64,000 nt of DNA from assembly GCF_009914755.1 (NCBI RefSeq), contig NC_060937.1; one strand, 5' to 3'. Under the pieces are notes generated by a model. That model was given only the letters and a program-made list of their open reading frames with translations. It had not been told where the DNA came from and did not search any database. This DNA comes from the human T2T-CHM13v2.0 reference genome, Homo sapiens. Each line of letters begins with the position of its first letter. Within the stretch, counting starts at the first letter, position 1. Below are positions 29,496 to 43,410 of the stretch, in pieces. Both the position numbers and the translations under genes were made by a program.

Positions 29496-30716
29496 TTGCA
29501 ATGATGGTACTTTTTCTCCTGACATCTGCCCAGAGGCTCTCTCAGTTCCTAGAAGCACATGCATATTTAAAGATCTTTAATTCTTATTTCTCTATTTGCT
29601 TATCTTGTACTTGGCATACTGCTAATCATTAGAGTACAGGGCATTGTGAATGATATAATTTTTTTTAGTGAGCAGGTTAATTCCTGTCTGGAATAGGCAT
29701 TTTTCCAAGCAAGGTTTTTATCCCAGGAAAAACTAAAAAGCTGTTTTAGCCTAAGACACAGTGCAGCTTCCTGACCTGGAATTTCTTTATTTTATGAGAT
29801 CTGCCTACCAAATTATGTTTTCCTCTTTCCTTCTTATGCCTCCCCCAGAAAGTGACCTGACAGATTCCTGAACTAAAGCTTATATTCATATATTTTTTTC
29901 AATCCTGTACTCTCAGAGTCCTAGTAAGAACTTGTATGTACTGTAAGAAGTGGTACTATCCAAATGTATGCCTTTCGATACTTCTGAAATTTTCATGTTT
30001 TCAGGCCTGGACACAAAAATAAACCTTTCTTGTATATCTTCTACCACAGCAATGGAACAACTCTTTAGTTTTTCCTTTCTCCTTTTTTTTTTTCTGCTTT
30101 ATTTTCAAGTTTCTAGCTGGGTAACAATTCTAAGGTTCACTGAATTTCAGGTGTTCTTGGTCTCTACTTCCCAATCATATTTTTATTTTTTCCTGATTTT
30201 GTCCCTCATGTTTTATCTTTTTGTTTGAGCTCAAATATTTATTTTTTTTGTTTCTACCAAAAGCATTAAATTTTCAAAGTAAGGGAAGAGATATTCTTTC
30301 TTTTCTTGCCATTGACTACCATTATTCCACCCTTCATCCACCCTAAAAGGGACATTAACTCTGCACTAATAGGTACTTTTTAAGGTGGTTTTGTATTGCT
30401 AATAAACAATTCTTATCATTCACCAGTGTCTCAGAATAAATTTTTGTTTATTCCCTAAATTTCCCTAGAGTAATTAACCTCAAACTCAGCAATGACCCAA
30501 CTTCTTTTCTCTGTAACTACTGTGTCTGTGTCATCTGCTTATCACCATCAGCCCCTTGAATAATGGTTTTAGTTATCAGGTATCACAGATAAGTGAAAGC
30601 ATCATTAAATACAATGTAATTAAGTCGCTAACTGGGCTTCATGTTCACAAGGTGGATTTTCTTTCTGCCTTCTGCACAGACTTTGGAAATTTTTGCTTTA
30701 AATCCTCTCAATTCTT

Positions 30717-31013
30717 GGCCAGGCACAGAGGCTCATGCCTGTAGTCCTAGCACTTTGGAAGGCCAAGGTGGGTGGATCACCTGAGGTCAGGAGTTCAAGA
30801 CCAACCTGACCAACATGGTGAAACCTGGTCTCTACTAAAAATACAAAAATTTTCTGTGTGTGGTGACATGCACCTGTAATCCCAGCTACTCAAGAGGCTG
30901 AGGCAGGAAAATCACTTGAGCCCAGGAGGTGGAGAGTTGCAGTGAGCTGAGTTTGCACCAGAGCACTACAGCCTGGGCAACAGAGTGAGACACTGTCTCA
31001 AAAAAAAAAAAAA
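30717..31013 (+). mobile_element. Old Alu (S/J-like)
   Basis: Full dimer with poly-A; degenerate TSD aaatcctctcaattct / aaattcctcccaattct. Confidence 0.95.
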
Positions 31014-31829
31014 TTCCTCCCAATTCTCTCCCTCTCCTCAAAGCAAGATCAATTTTATAAAGACAGTCATTAGGAACCAAGAAATACATATGTTTCCTCT
31101 CCTTGATCACCTAGTTTTCTAGTTATCCTGGGAATGAGCTTGAGTCATCCAGATATCAGTGGTAAATATGTATCCTTAGTTATTCAATTATTTGCTTCCT
31201 CAGCCATTAGTGTTTTGGTGCCTTAATAAATAAACAGGATTCTAGTAGGCAGTGTTGTATCAACTAAACCATACTTTTGCTGGCATGTGTCTGTCAGCTA
31301 AAATTTTGGAAAGATAATCTTATTGTTGTTTGTTTTAACCATGTGGAAGAGTAAAATAAATTTGAATAATCAATACAAAAGTATTGAGCAATGTTGCAAA
31401 TGAATTCTAAACTCTGAGCTACACTTACAGATGCTTCAAAAATACGAATGTGATTAAGGTTTTCTGAAATATTCTTTCTAACTGACCCATCTCCTGGAAT
31501 TTTTTTGAATAATACTGTTATCATTGAAGCATAACTATCACCTTTTGAAAAGACTTTGATAAGTTAAAATTGAATAGAAAATGTTTAAAAAATCTTGACA
31601 GCAAAGACTTCTCAAACATTGGGGATTCCACTTTTTTAAACTTCACATCATTGCTTTTCTTTATTTCCATGCCTTACCTCCATCATCTGTTATTACTGGT
31701 TTTCCTCATGCTTGCTTCTGCTAGCTAACCACTATTATTTCAAACTCTGAAGTCACCTCCACTGGTAAACACAGACACACATACACACATAAACAAATAA
31801 ACAAACAAACAAATAATGTTGTCTACAAA

Positions 31830-34440
31830 AGCCACCCATAAGCCTGGATTAGGAATCCCTACTCTGTGTTTCCATTATGCATTGCACGTAGATAGATTTT
31901 AGCACTCATTAGAATTGATGATTTTGATTTCTTCAATTAGTGTTTTCTTCCCAAGATATGGTAAATCACTTGACTAGTCTTGTATTGGTCCATTCTCATG
32001 TTGCTATAAAGAGCTACCTGAAACTGGTTAATTAATAAGGAAAGAGGTTTAATTGGCTCCTGGTTCCACAGGATGCAAAGAAAGCATGGCTGAGGAAGCT
32101 TCAGAAAACATACAGTCATGGCTGAAGGCAAAGGGGAAGTAGGCATGTCCTACATGGCTAGAGATGAAGAAACAGAGAGAAGGGGGAAGTTCTACACAAT
32201 TTCAACTAATCAGATCTCGTGGGAACTCACTCACTATAATGAAAACAGCATGGGAGAAATCTGCCCCCATAATTTAATCACCTCCCACCAGGCCACTCCT
32301 CCAAGATTGGGGACCACAGTTTAACATGAAATTTGGTTAAGAACACAAATCCAAGCTATATCATTCTGTTGCTGACTCCTCCCAAATCTCATGTCCTCAC
32401 ATTTGAAAATACAATCATGCATTCCAAACACTCCCCAAAGTACTAACTCATTCCAATATTAACTCAAAAGTCCAAATCCAAGGTCTCATAAGAGACAAGA
32501 CAAGTCCCTTCTGCCTATGAGCCTGTAAAATAAAAAACAAGTTAGTTACTTCCCATCTGCAATGAGGGTACAGGCAATGGATAAATGCTCATGATCCAAA
32601 AGGGAGAAATTGGCCAAAACAAAGGGGTCATAGGCCCCATGCAACTCCAAAACCCAGCAGGGCAGTCATTAAATCTTAAAGCTCCAAAATAATCTCTTTT
32701 GACTCCATGTCTCATATCCAAGCCACACTATGCAAAGGGTGAGCTCCCAAGGTCTTGAGCAGCTCTGCCCCTGTGGCTCTTCAGGGTGCATCCTGGCTGC
32801 TTTCACAGACTGGCCTTAAGTGCCTGCAGCTTTTCCAGGTTCATGGTGCAAGCTGTAGGTGGATCTACCATTCTGGGGTCTGGAGAATTGTGGCCCTCCT
32901 CTCACAGCTCCAAAAGGCAGTGCCCCAGTGGGGACTCAGTGTGGGGGCTCCAACACCACATTATCCCTTTGCACTGCACTAATAGATGCTCTCCATGAGG
33001 GCTCTGGCACTGCAGCAGACTTATGCCTAGATATCTAGATGTTTTCATACATCCTCTGAAATCCAGACAGAGGCTCCCAAGCCTCAACTCTTGCCCTTGG
33101 TGCACTTACAGGCTTAATACCACGTGGAAGCAGCCAAGGCTTACAGCTTGCACCCTCTGGAGCAACAGCCTGAGACATATCTGAGGACCTTTTAGCCATG
33201 GCTGCAGTAACAGCAGCTGAGATGCTGGGAATAGTGTCCTGGGCTTGCCCAGGACAGCAGGACACTGGGACCCATGAAACCATTTTTCCCTCCTAGGCCT
33301 CCAGGCCTGTGATGATGGGAGAGACTACTGAGAAGATCTCTCAACTGCCTTCAAGGCATTTTCCCCATTGTCTTGGCTGTTAAACTTTGGATCCTAAGTA
33401 CTTATGCAAATTTATGCAGCCAGCTTGAATTCCTCATCAGAAAATGGGATCTTCTTTTTTACCACATGGCCAGGTTGCAAATTTTTCAAACTTTTATGCT
33501 CTGCTTTCCCTTTACATATAAGTTTCAGTTTCAGATCATCTCTTTGTTCACACACATAAGCTTATGATGTTAGAAGCAGAGAGATTACATCTTGAATGCT
33601 TTGCTGCTTAGAACTTTCTTCTGCCAGATACCCTAAATCATCTCTCTCAATTCAAAGTTCCACAGATCTCTACAGCTGGGGCACAATGCCTCTAACGTCT
33701 TTGTTAATGTGTAACAAAAGTGACATTTGCTCCAGTCCCCAGTAAGTTCCTCATAACCATCTGAGAACACCTCAGCCTGGGCCTCACTGTCTATATCACT
33801 ACCAGCATGTTGGTCAGAACCATTCAACAAGTCTCTAGGAAGATCCAAACTTTTCCTGATCTTCATGTCTTCTACTGAGCACTTCAAACTCTTCCAACCT
33901 CTGTCCATTACACAATTTCAAAGCTGCTTCCACATTTTCATGTATCTTTATAGCAATGCCCCACTTCCCAATACCAATATTCTGTATTAGTCTGTTTTTG
34001 CATTACTATAAAAACCTACCTGAGACTGAGTAATTTATGAAGAAAAGAGGTTTAACTGGCTCAGAGTTCTGCAGACTATATAGGAAGCATAGCTGGGGAT
34101 GCCTCAGGATACTTACAATTATGGCAGAAGGTAAGGGGAAGCAAGCATGCCTACTTTGCTGGAGCATGAGGAAGAGAGAGAAGAGGGAAGTGTTTCTAAA
34201 CAACCAGCTTTCACGAGAACTCACTCACTATGACAGGAACAGCAAGGAGGATATCTACCCCATGATTCAGTCACCTCTCATCAGGCCACTCCTCCAACAC
34301 TGGGGATCACAATTTGACATGAGATTTGGATGAGGAAACATATCTAAACCATATAAAGTCTCTTTTCTGTCTCTGTGTTCCTAAAACCTAAGTATCTCCT
34401 AGGTTGTAAGAGTTTAAAGAATGTGGGTTGAATGAATGCC
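31830..34440 (+). mobile_element. L2 3' end split by the MSTA insertion (L2 parts ~31830-31980 and 34357-34440)
   Basis: Ends in the L2 tail 'gttgaatgaatg'; the flanks join across the MaLR TSD. Confidence 0.5.
31981..34356 (-). mobile_element. Complete MaLR element, MSTA-like: LTR 31981-32363, internal 32364-33982, LTR 33983-34356
   Basis: Two homologous LTRs; 5-bp TSD agtct at 31976-31980 and 34357-34361; MaLR internal ORF remnant (LPRDLLNGSDQHAGSDIDSE..). Confidence 0.92.
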
Positions 34441-35519
34441 TAAATACATTTAGACTTTTTTAGATTCATTGAAGTATAATTCACAAAAAAGTACACATTT
34501 AAAGTATACAAGGTGATGACCTCACATAAGTATACATTGTGAAATGATTATCATAATAAAGTTAACACACTCATCGCCTCACATGTTTTCTTAAAAATGA
34601 GAATATCTAAGGTCTACTCTCCTAACATATTTAAAATGTAGTTATGCCTTGTTTAGTGATGAGGATAAATTCTGAGAAACGAATGCATCCTTAGGCAATT
34701 TTATGGTTAATGGACCATCACAGCATGTACTTACACAAACCTTGATGGAATAGCTTACTACACACCTACACTATATGGCAAAGCCTATTGCTCCTAGACT
34801 ACAAACCTGTATAGCATGTGACTGTACTGAGTACTGTAGGCAATAGTAACAAAATGGTATTTGTGTTTCTAAACACCTAAACAGAAAAGGCTTAGTAAAA
34901 ATATGGCATAAAATGTAAAAAAAATAAAGATTTAAAAAGTATATAGTGTATTTACCATGAATGGAGCGTGTAAGACTGGAAGTTACTCTGGGTGAGTCAG
35001 TGAGTGAATGTGAGGATCTAGAACATTACTGTACAATACTGTAAACCTTATGAAGACTGGAAACCTAGGCTACACTATATTGATTTTTTAAAGTTCTTTA
35101 GTTCTTTCTTCAATAATAAATTAACCTTAGCTTACTATAACTTTTTTTACTTTTGTTAACTTTTTGACTCTTTTGAAGTAACTCTTAGCTTAAAGCACAC
35201 ACACATTGTACACGTACAAAAAATATTTTCTTTCTTCACATACTAGTTCTATATTTTGCTATTTTTAAAACTTTTTTTCTTTTACTTTCTAAACATTTTG
35301 TTAAAAACTAAGATATACACACATTAGACTAGGCCTACACAGGGTCAGCTTCAGCACTGTCACTGTCTTCTACATCCACATCTTGTACCACTGGTAGGTC
35401 TATAGGGGCACTAACACATGTGGAGCTGTCATCTCTTATGATAACAATGCCTTCTTCTTGAATGTCTCCTGAAGGGCCTGCCTGAGGCTCTTCTTGAGAA
35501 GCTATCACTCTTTTATGGA

Positions 35520-37170
35520 ATACGTCCATGGTGGTTTGCTTGGTTTATTTCTTTTCTTCATTATATGTCTGCTTGTAAGCAGATAATGTACCAGGAATAC
35601 CCCTGCATATCAATAAAAACCTTGCAGAGTTGTGGTTTATGTTTTCAAACATTTTAAAGCGCTTATTGAGATCTGCAAAAGCTTCTGCTGAACCTTCACT
35701 GTGAATTTACTTGAGGGGTTTTTCTTTTCCTTCTCTTGCAGTTTTCTTTTCTCTAGCCTCTTCTTCAGCTCTATAATTCTCTTCCAGTTCCAACAACTCC
35801 ACATTAGTCAATTTCTCACGAACCACCTCTAGGAGCTCCTCAATGTCATCTTTACTCACACTCAGGTAAAAGTTGTTCACCTTCTCAATCACAGCCTTGA
35901 CTTTTGCAACCACCTTATCCTTGGAAAATCCTTTGAAGTCATAGGTGAACCTCTTCAACGTCTTCTTCCAACTGCCATTCAAACACTCTTTGTGACATCA
36001 CCCCAGGCCCAAGAAAAGTTCTTAATGCAGTCATAGATGTTACAGTCCTTCCAGGATTGCATCAAGTTCTTCTCAGTGTCTTCCTCAGTTGAAGCAATAG
36101 CCTGGGAAAAGCTTATTCTCCACTAGTAGGACTTAAAACCGCTATAACTGTGATTCCATTGGTTGTATCAAAGAAGTAGAATTTTGAGAGAGAAACGACA
36201 CTTTGATATTAGGATGATAATCACCAATACAAGGAGGATATGTAGAAACATAAATAAGCAAAAATTTCAAAGCTATATTATTCTGTAAACGACAGTTCTC
36301 CATTTTGCTGGCATAGCAATTTAGGAGGGCATCTTGAAAGAGGAGCTGAGCCATCCTTGACTGCTTATTGCTCCTGTAATACACTGGCAGTATGTGCTTA
36401 TTGATATGCTTGAAGGGCATGGGGTTCTCACTGACAGCTCACAAAACGTTTCACTTTGTATTCTGCAACATTGCCTTCAAGCAAGACTCTTATCCTGTCC
36501 TTAAGAGACTGGAAACCTGGCACTGACTTGGCATCCTTATGGATGAAAGTCCTTTTAGGTATCTGTTTCCAGAATAGAAATGTTACATCCATATTGAAGA
36601 TTTGCTCTGGCAAGTAATTTCCCTCCACTATCAGATTATCTAGAGTTTTCAAAAATTCTTCAGCTGCCTTCACATTAGCACTTACAGGATTACCACTCGC
36701 TTTCACATTATCCAAAGCATCGCAATTATTGAATCATTTATACCACCCAGAGCTAGCAGTAAACTCAATTTTATAGTAGAGTACGGCCTTTACTTTGCTC
36801 ACTGCAAACAAACTTTTTGCTTTTGCGCTTTTGCCTGATTGTCATGATGCTGAGAGATATGTATTTATGTGTGTGGTTTTCAATCTAGGTCATTAGAAAT
36901 TTCTCTGTATCTGATAAGCCTTTATTAAATTTTGTGTCTCCTTATCTTCAATAAAGCAGGTCCTTTAACATCTTTCATCACTTGATTCTTGTTCTTCAAA
37001 ATTGTCGCCATGGTGGAATAGCACATGTCTGACTGGTGAGTAATAACCAACCATCACTGATTTTCCATTTTTATAGTCCTTAATCACTTTAATTTTACTT
37101 CCAGGTTAATCACTTGAGTTGGCTTCATCCTGGCAACATAAGCAGAGGATTTTGTATGATTAGGGGCCAT
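35520..37170 (-). pseudogene. Decayed Tigger/pogo DDE transposase (CENP-B family)
   Basis: ATG at 37170 (MAPNHTKS..); fragments 'YLPEQIFNMDVTFLFWKQIPKRTFI..PGFQSLKDRI' and 'FLSQNSTSLIQPME' match pogo/CENP-B DDE motifs; many stops and frameshifts; 3' end approximate. Confidence 0.85.
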
Positions 37171-37569
37171 GATGAACAAAACAACACTAGATTAAATTAA
37201 GCACAAGAAAAAATGATGCAGCCAAGAGACTTGGTAAATATGACATGTATGAGGCTGCTGTCAACATAACAGGGCATACTGTTTTACAGTAACCTTTTTT
37301 TTATAAGCAGATGTAATATATTCTAAAATAATAATAATTAAAAGCATAGTATAGTAAATACTTAAAGCAGTAACATAGCAATTTATTATCATTATGAAGT
37401 ATTGTGCATGTAAATAATTGTATGTGCTATACATTTATACAACTGGCAATGCAGTAGGTTTGTTAACAGCAACATTACCACAAACATATGAGTTATGCCT
37501 TGCCTTATGATGTTATGATAGCTTCCACTTCCTTAGGCAACAGGAATTTTCCAAGTGCACTATAATCTT

Positions 37570-37950
37570 TTATTTTATTTTTTTATTTTTATTTTCTTTC
37601 CAACTTTTGTTTTTGGTTCAAGGGGTACATGTGCAGGTTTGTTACATGGGTAAGCTGGATGTCATGGGAGTTTGGTGTACAGTTAATTTTGTCACCCAGG
37701 TAATCAGCATAATACTCGACAGGTAGTTTTTCAATCTTCACTCTCCTCCCCGGCTCCACTCTCAAGTATGCTCAGTATTTTGTTTTCTTCTCTGTATTCA
37801 GATGTACTCAATGTTTAGCTCCTACTTGTAAGTGAGAATCTGCAGTATTTGTGTTTTTTTCCTACATTAACTTGCTTAGGATAATGGCCTTCAGCACCAT
37901 CCATGTTGCTGACAAAAATATTACTTTGTTCTTTTTTATGGCTTTGTGGT
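37570..37950 (-). mobile_element. 5'-truncated L1PA16-like 3' end inserted in Tigger3
   Basis: T-rich tail then 'ggggtacatgtgcaggtttgttacatggg...gcttaggataatggcct'. Confidence 0.88.
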
Positions 37951-38196
37951 TTATGGAGCCACCAACATATATGCAATTTGTTGTTGACTGAAATGTCCTT
38001 CTGTGGTGCATGGCTGTATGTAATACACTATTATTAACTATAATCACCCTGCTTTACATCAGACCCTCAGAACATATTCATCTTATAACTTACATTTTAT
38101 ATTTTTTGATAAACAACATCTCCCTATTCCTCCCAAACCCTGCCACTGGCAACCACCATTATACTCTTCATTTTGACTTTTTTAAAGATACCACAT

Positions 38197-38743
38197 TTTG
38201 ATGGTTAATGTTGACTGTCAACTTGATTGGATTGAAGGATGCAAAGTATTGTTCCTGGTGTGTCTGTGAGGATATTGCCAAAGGAGGGATTAACATGTGA
38301 ATCAGTGGTCTGGGAGATGCAGACCCGCCCTCAGTCTGGGTGGGCACCATCTAATCAGCCCCCAACACAGCTAGGATGAAAACAGGCAGAAGAACATCGA
38401 AGGACTAGATTGGCTGAGTCTTCTTCTGTCTTTCTTCAGTGTTGGATGCTTCCTGCTGTCGAACATCAGACTCCCAAGTTCTGCAGCTTTTGGACCCTTG
38501 GTCTTACACCAGTGATTCACCAGGGGCTTTCAGGCCTTCAGCCACAGACTGAAGGCTGCACTCTTGGCTTTCCTACTTTTGAGGTTTTGGTACTCGCACT
38601 GGCTTCCTGATTCCTCAGTTTGCAGACAGCCTATTGTGGGACTTCACCTTGGGATCATATGAGTCAATAATCCTAATATATGCCCCTTCATATATTCATC
38701 TATCCAATTATTTCTGTCCCCTTTAAGAACCCTGACTAATACA
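38197..38743 (+). mobile_element. MLT2A1-like (HERV-L) solo LTR
   Basis: 'gatggttaat..gtcaacttgattggattgaaggatgcaaagtattgttcctgg' start, 'gaaccctgactaataca' end; 5-bp TSD cacat at 38192-38196 and 38744-38748. Confidence 0.9.
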
Positions 38744-40390
38744 CACATATAAATGACACTGTATAGTATTTGTCCTTCTCTGACTGGCTTATTTCATTTA
38801 ACATAATGCCCTCTATTTTCACACATATCATCACAAATGCCAGGATTTTCTTTTTTCTATGAATAAATATTATTTGTGTGTATGTGTGTATAAAATCTCA
38901 CAACTTCTTTATCCTTTTCATCTGACAACAGACACTTAGGTTGCTTCCATATATTGGCTATGGTGAATAGTGCTGCAATGAACATGACCCTGCAAATCTC
39001 CTGGGGTGAGATGAGGAACCCCAGGGTGTATACCCCAGACAATGTAGCTGCTTTACATCTACACTCCCATCAGCAGTGCAAAGGGTCTTATGTACCTATA
39101 TCTCTACTTACATTTGGCTTTATCCAACTTTCTGAATGTTCCCAACTCTTTAGGAGTAACGTGATTGCACTGTTGCCTTAAGTTGCATTGACTAACTCTG
39201 AATATCTTGAAACCTTTTATGATCCTCCCCTCTGTGACTTGCTTCCTTATACAATTTGTTCATTGTGCTATAGAATTGCTGTATGTTTCTTGATTATTTG
39301 CAGGCATCCCTTGCCTATTCTGGATAGTAATCACTTTTCATTTTCTGATATAACAAATAACTTCTAGTATTCTTTCAATTGTCTTTTAATTTTGGATCAA
39401 AAAATTAAATGTGAAAAGTAAATTTTTGGAATTAATAGGATAAAATTTAAGTAAATATCTTTATGACCTTGGGACTGAAGGGTAAGTAATGTGCTTCAAA
39501 ATCAAAAAGCCAAACACAAGCATTTGATAATTTTCTTAAAATAAGAATTTCAGATCACAAATATCCATCATGGACAAAACTGAGAGACAATTTTTTAAAT
39601 ATTTTATTTTGTTTCTTTTAAAAAGCCAACCACCAAATTATTACTAAAATTAATTCATATCAATTCTCAAGCTCATCTTTATTCTGATTAATTTTGACCC
39701 AGAGTTGTGTCTACACACTTCACTGGATCTAGTCCTTTTTTATCCCATGCTTTGGTCATCCCTCATGTGTTCCATCAAAATAAAGCACTTTAATATCTGC
39801 CTCTGCCACAAGGAACCTTTCCTGTCTGCTCTTTGCCAATGTCTGATCTAATCATATTTGTTCTATTTGAATTGTAATTAAATTTAATTCTGGCACAGTG
39901 AAAAGCAGAGTGGTACATTGGAATAAAGGAAAAATTATTAAGGCATACACCATGGAGGAACAAAACAGAGAAAGTCATAGTTGCATAAACTAGAAAGATG
40001 TTTCAGCAACGGTTACTATAAACAGAAGCTGAAAATCCTGTATGCTACTAATAATGCACAAACATTTACTTGCAACTAAATACATCAGCCATAAGTACAT
40101 GATTATCGGAGTTTATAGTGCAGAGCTCAGAAATTCCATGACATTCAGTCCTACTCCTGTTATTACCTCCTGAAAAGTATTCATTCTGTGTGTGGCTTAC
40201 AAAGCAAAGTATTTAATCATCTCATAATCCTAACACCCTAAAATACAAATGTAAGAAGGAAATCATCTGTTTACCCTGTCACTTGAAAATAATAAAAATG
40301 AAAGACCAGTTATCTCAATTACTCATGTCCTAGGAAAAAACTGCTTTCCTTTTTTATTATGGGAAAAAGTAGACATAAGAATTAGTTTTA

Positions 40391-40733
<343 letters not shown>

Positions 40734-43410
40734 TCAGCAACCATGCTTCTGCATGCGAACCAATTATTGGGAGTTCTCTATTTCCAAAGTGAGTCAATCA
40801 GGAATGGACTTGCCCCAATGAAGCAGCCCAGTGTCACCCATTGAACCTGGCTTCCACAGCAGCATCAACTCATGCTTTCTCTACTACTTGATACCTTCAT
40901 TTCAACCTATCCAAAACCTCCTACATCAGATCAGTTATGTTCTATATTCAGAAATTATGATTATGGATGATTAGCATAATTATCTGTTGTTTAAATTGGC
41001 AATGGATTCCATTTTAGAGTTTTTTTTTTTTTTTAATATTCAAGCAATGAGTGCTAGTCCCATCCTTTTATGGCATTTAAAAGCATTGTAAGTAATTTAC
41101 AGAATATTATAAAGTACGCCTGGAGCCAGAAACAAGAGAAAATGGCCTTCTTTCTTAGCAGGGTAATTTTTGGAAATACTTACTTATATATCAGGACATC
41201 TTCAAGCTAAGTTGTTGATAGAAATATCACCCAAAATATTGAAATAAGTGGATTATGTGTACAGTTTCCAAAATAATATGAATCTGTATACATTATAAAA
41301 TGGTTATGTATTAACATTTGAATTTTAAAATATTAAATAGTAAATTTTGGTAAATTCGATTTATTAAATAAGTACTCAATCTCTCACAGAAAATATATTT
41401 TAATACATCAAAAATATCTCCAAACAATTATTTTTCACTCTCACTTTTATAAACTAAACAATTATGTTCAGGATATATTAGCCCATTTACCCAACATCAT
41501 ATGATCCATCATTGTCCTTTTATATCTCTCTATATGTACCTCATCTTTGGTCAGCCTTCCTAGAGTCCTAATTTCATACATTTCTTGGCCATGTTTTTTT
41601 CAAGGTACAATAACAAGTCCTGTGATTCTCACCTACAACGAAAGTATCACCTTAAAGCTTATCAAGCAATCTTTGATAAGCTTTGATAGTCTAAGCCTTT
41701 TCTGATTAAATTCTTTTGCATTGGCTATAACTTTTTAAATATCTTATCTGTACCCCTTTGGTATTTCTCTGAATTTTCCATATCTTGCTTTGAGTATTTC
41801 TTTATAATTTTCTGAATCCTAGTCCCCTATGGATTCACTGTACAGAGTCATTCCAGTTAGAACTCAGATCATGAGCCTCCTCCTCGGTTTGGTTTCTTAG
41901 CCCTGCATTAGTTTCAAGTCTAGCAATATCTAAGGGAGCGTCCCTTTGTTTGTTGTTTTCTTTAAAATAATGATATTTGAGGGTATTTTATTTTTATTTT
42001 TTTATAGCTCTTTAATGGCTTTTAAGATCTCATTTTCCCCTTCGTATCTTAGTAACATCTCTTCTAAGATATAACTCATGTTTGAAAGAAAGCATACAAT
42101 CTTTTCCTCTAGCTTAGTCTTTTAAAAATTTTGCCTTTGTTCTATGATTGTACATGTTATCGACTTATTCTGTCCTCCTTAGATTCCCGGAAAACCTGGT
42201 TCCTGGAGACAGAATATTTTAAACAGACTTTTAAATTAAAAAAAAAAAAAAAGAGTAGAAAATATGTGCAACCTGTCTAAGCCTGGAACAAATAAAGTCA
42301 AAAATGTAACAGACTTATAAGCTCCGTAATTTCTATGGTATTTACCTGCATTTTAAAAGCAAATATTGTTAAAAAACAGTAGAGGGGGAAAACCAATTGT
42401 TCTGCCCTTTTATGTTCAAATGTACTGTATACAAAACATTTTATTTCCCCTATGGTTAAATTGTTGCCACTTGCAGAGAAAGTGATTGTTTTAAGATTCC
42501 CAGGAAGACCAGTGCAACCTGTGTATTTTGGTTACTCACACACGCTTTAGGCATGACAAACCCAGCTTTCTTTGTTTAAGTCTGGGTCACACAAACTTGG
42601 TGAAAGGCATTTCCATAAAGTGCAACCTCAAACTAGGATCAAAATATCCTTGACCTAAGTCGTAGGCCTCAGCTACATGGCAGCAGACTAACTGCTCCAT
42701 TTAAACAGCTTCAGTCACAATAACATGCTACCAAACCTTCCTGCCTTGATAAAAGATTACTATCTTTCCCGAATTCCACTGTCAGTCTCTTAATATCCCC
42801 ACCCTCAATAATGATGCTTCATTTTATCTAATAAAATATTCCTTTTATTTCTTGCTCCGAACAATTGCTATAGTTAGAGCATACAATTTTAGCAGGTGAA
42901 GACAAAAATGGCTATTACCAAAAAAAATTAGGATCAAGAATATGGCTTTAAGCTAAGGGGCTTGTTAATGTGGCTCCCAGAATGAAGTTTTTTACCTCTT
43001 GAGGCCAGAATGTGGTGTGCAAACTTGTGACTTCTTTATATGACCCTGTTCCTGTAAAATTTGAATAAGAAGACTGGAATGTAAACTTTTGTGGTCAACA
43101 ATCCCTTAAGCAAGAAAGAGGAAAGAAGAAATGGGCTGAGGAGCATGCCTTCTCTCAGACTCTCATAATATATTAATTAATCTTTCTTCTTCTCTGTGTA
43201 GGAGTAAATGAAGGTGCTGAGAGAGTCTAGAATATTGACTCTAATAGTAGCCCTTCCCCCAGTGAAACAAAAACCATCACCAACAATCTCTTGTGTGAGG
43301 TTTGTGCATCTAGGTACACATCATTTCCTTCCAAAGATGACTGAGCTTGGTATTTCTCTTGTATCTACCTTGATTGTCAACATAGAATCTTATTCTATTA
43401 CCATTAATGT

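Larger units (their letters stand above)
34639..38016 (-). mobile_element. Full-length Tigger3 (GOLEM) pogo/TcMar DNA transposon
   Basis: Both termini present (tagttatgcc...ttctgagaaa at left; ...ttgactgaaatgtcc...catggctg + TA at right); internal transposase remnants. Confidence 0.88.
34455..39030 (-). mobile_element. L1MA 3' region split into pieces (34455-34638, 38017-38196, 38744-39030) by Tigger3 and MLT2A1
   Basis: L1MA 3'UTR antisense reads continuously once the inserts are removed. Confidence 0.75.

Noticed and set aside
35520-37170. Possible domesticated TIGD-like transposase gene
   Set aside because: Multiple stops and frameshifts, altered catalytic motifs, and transposon termini still present: a neutral fossil
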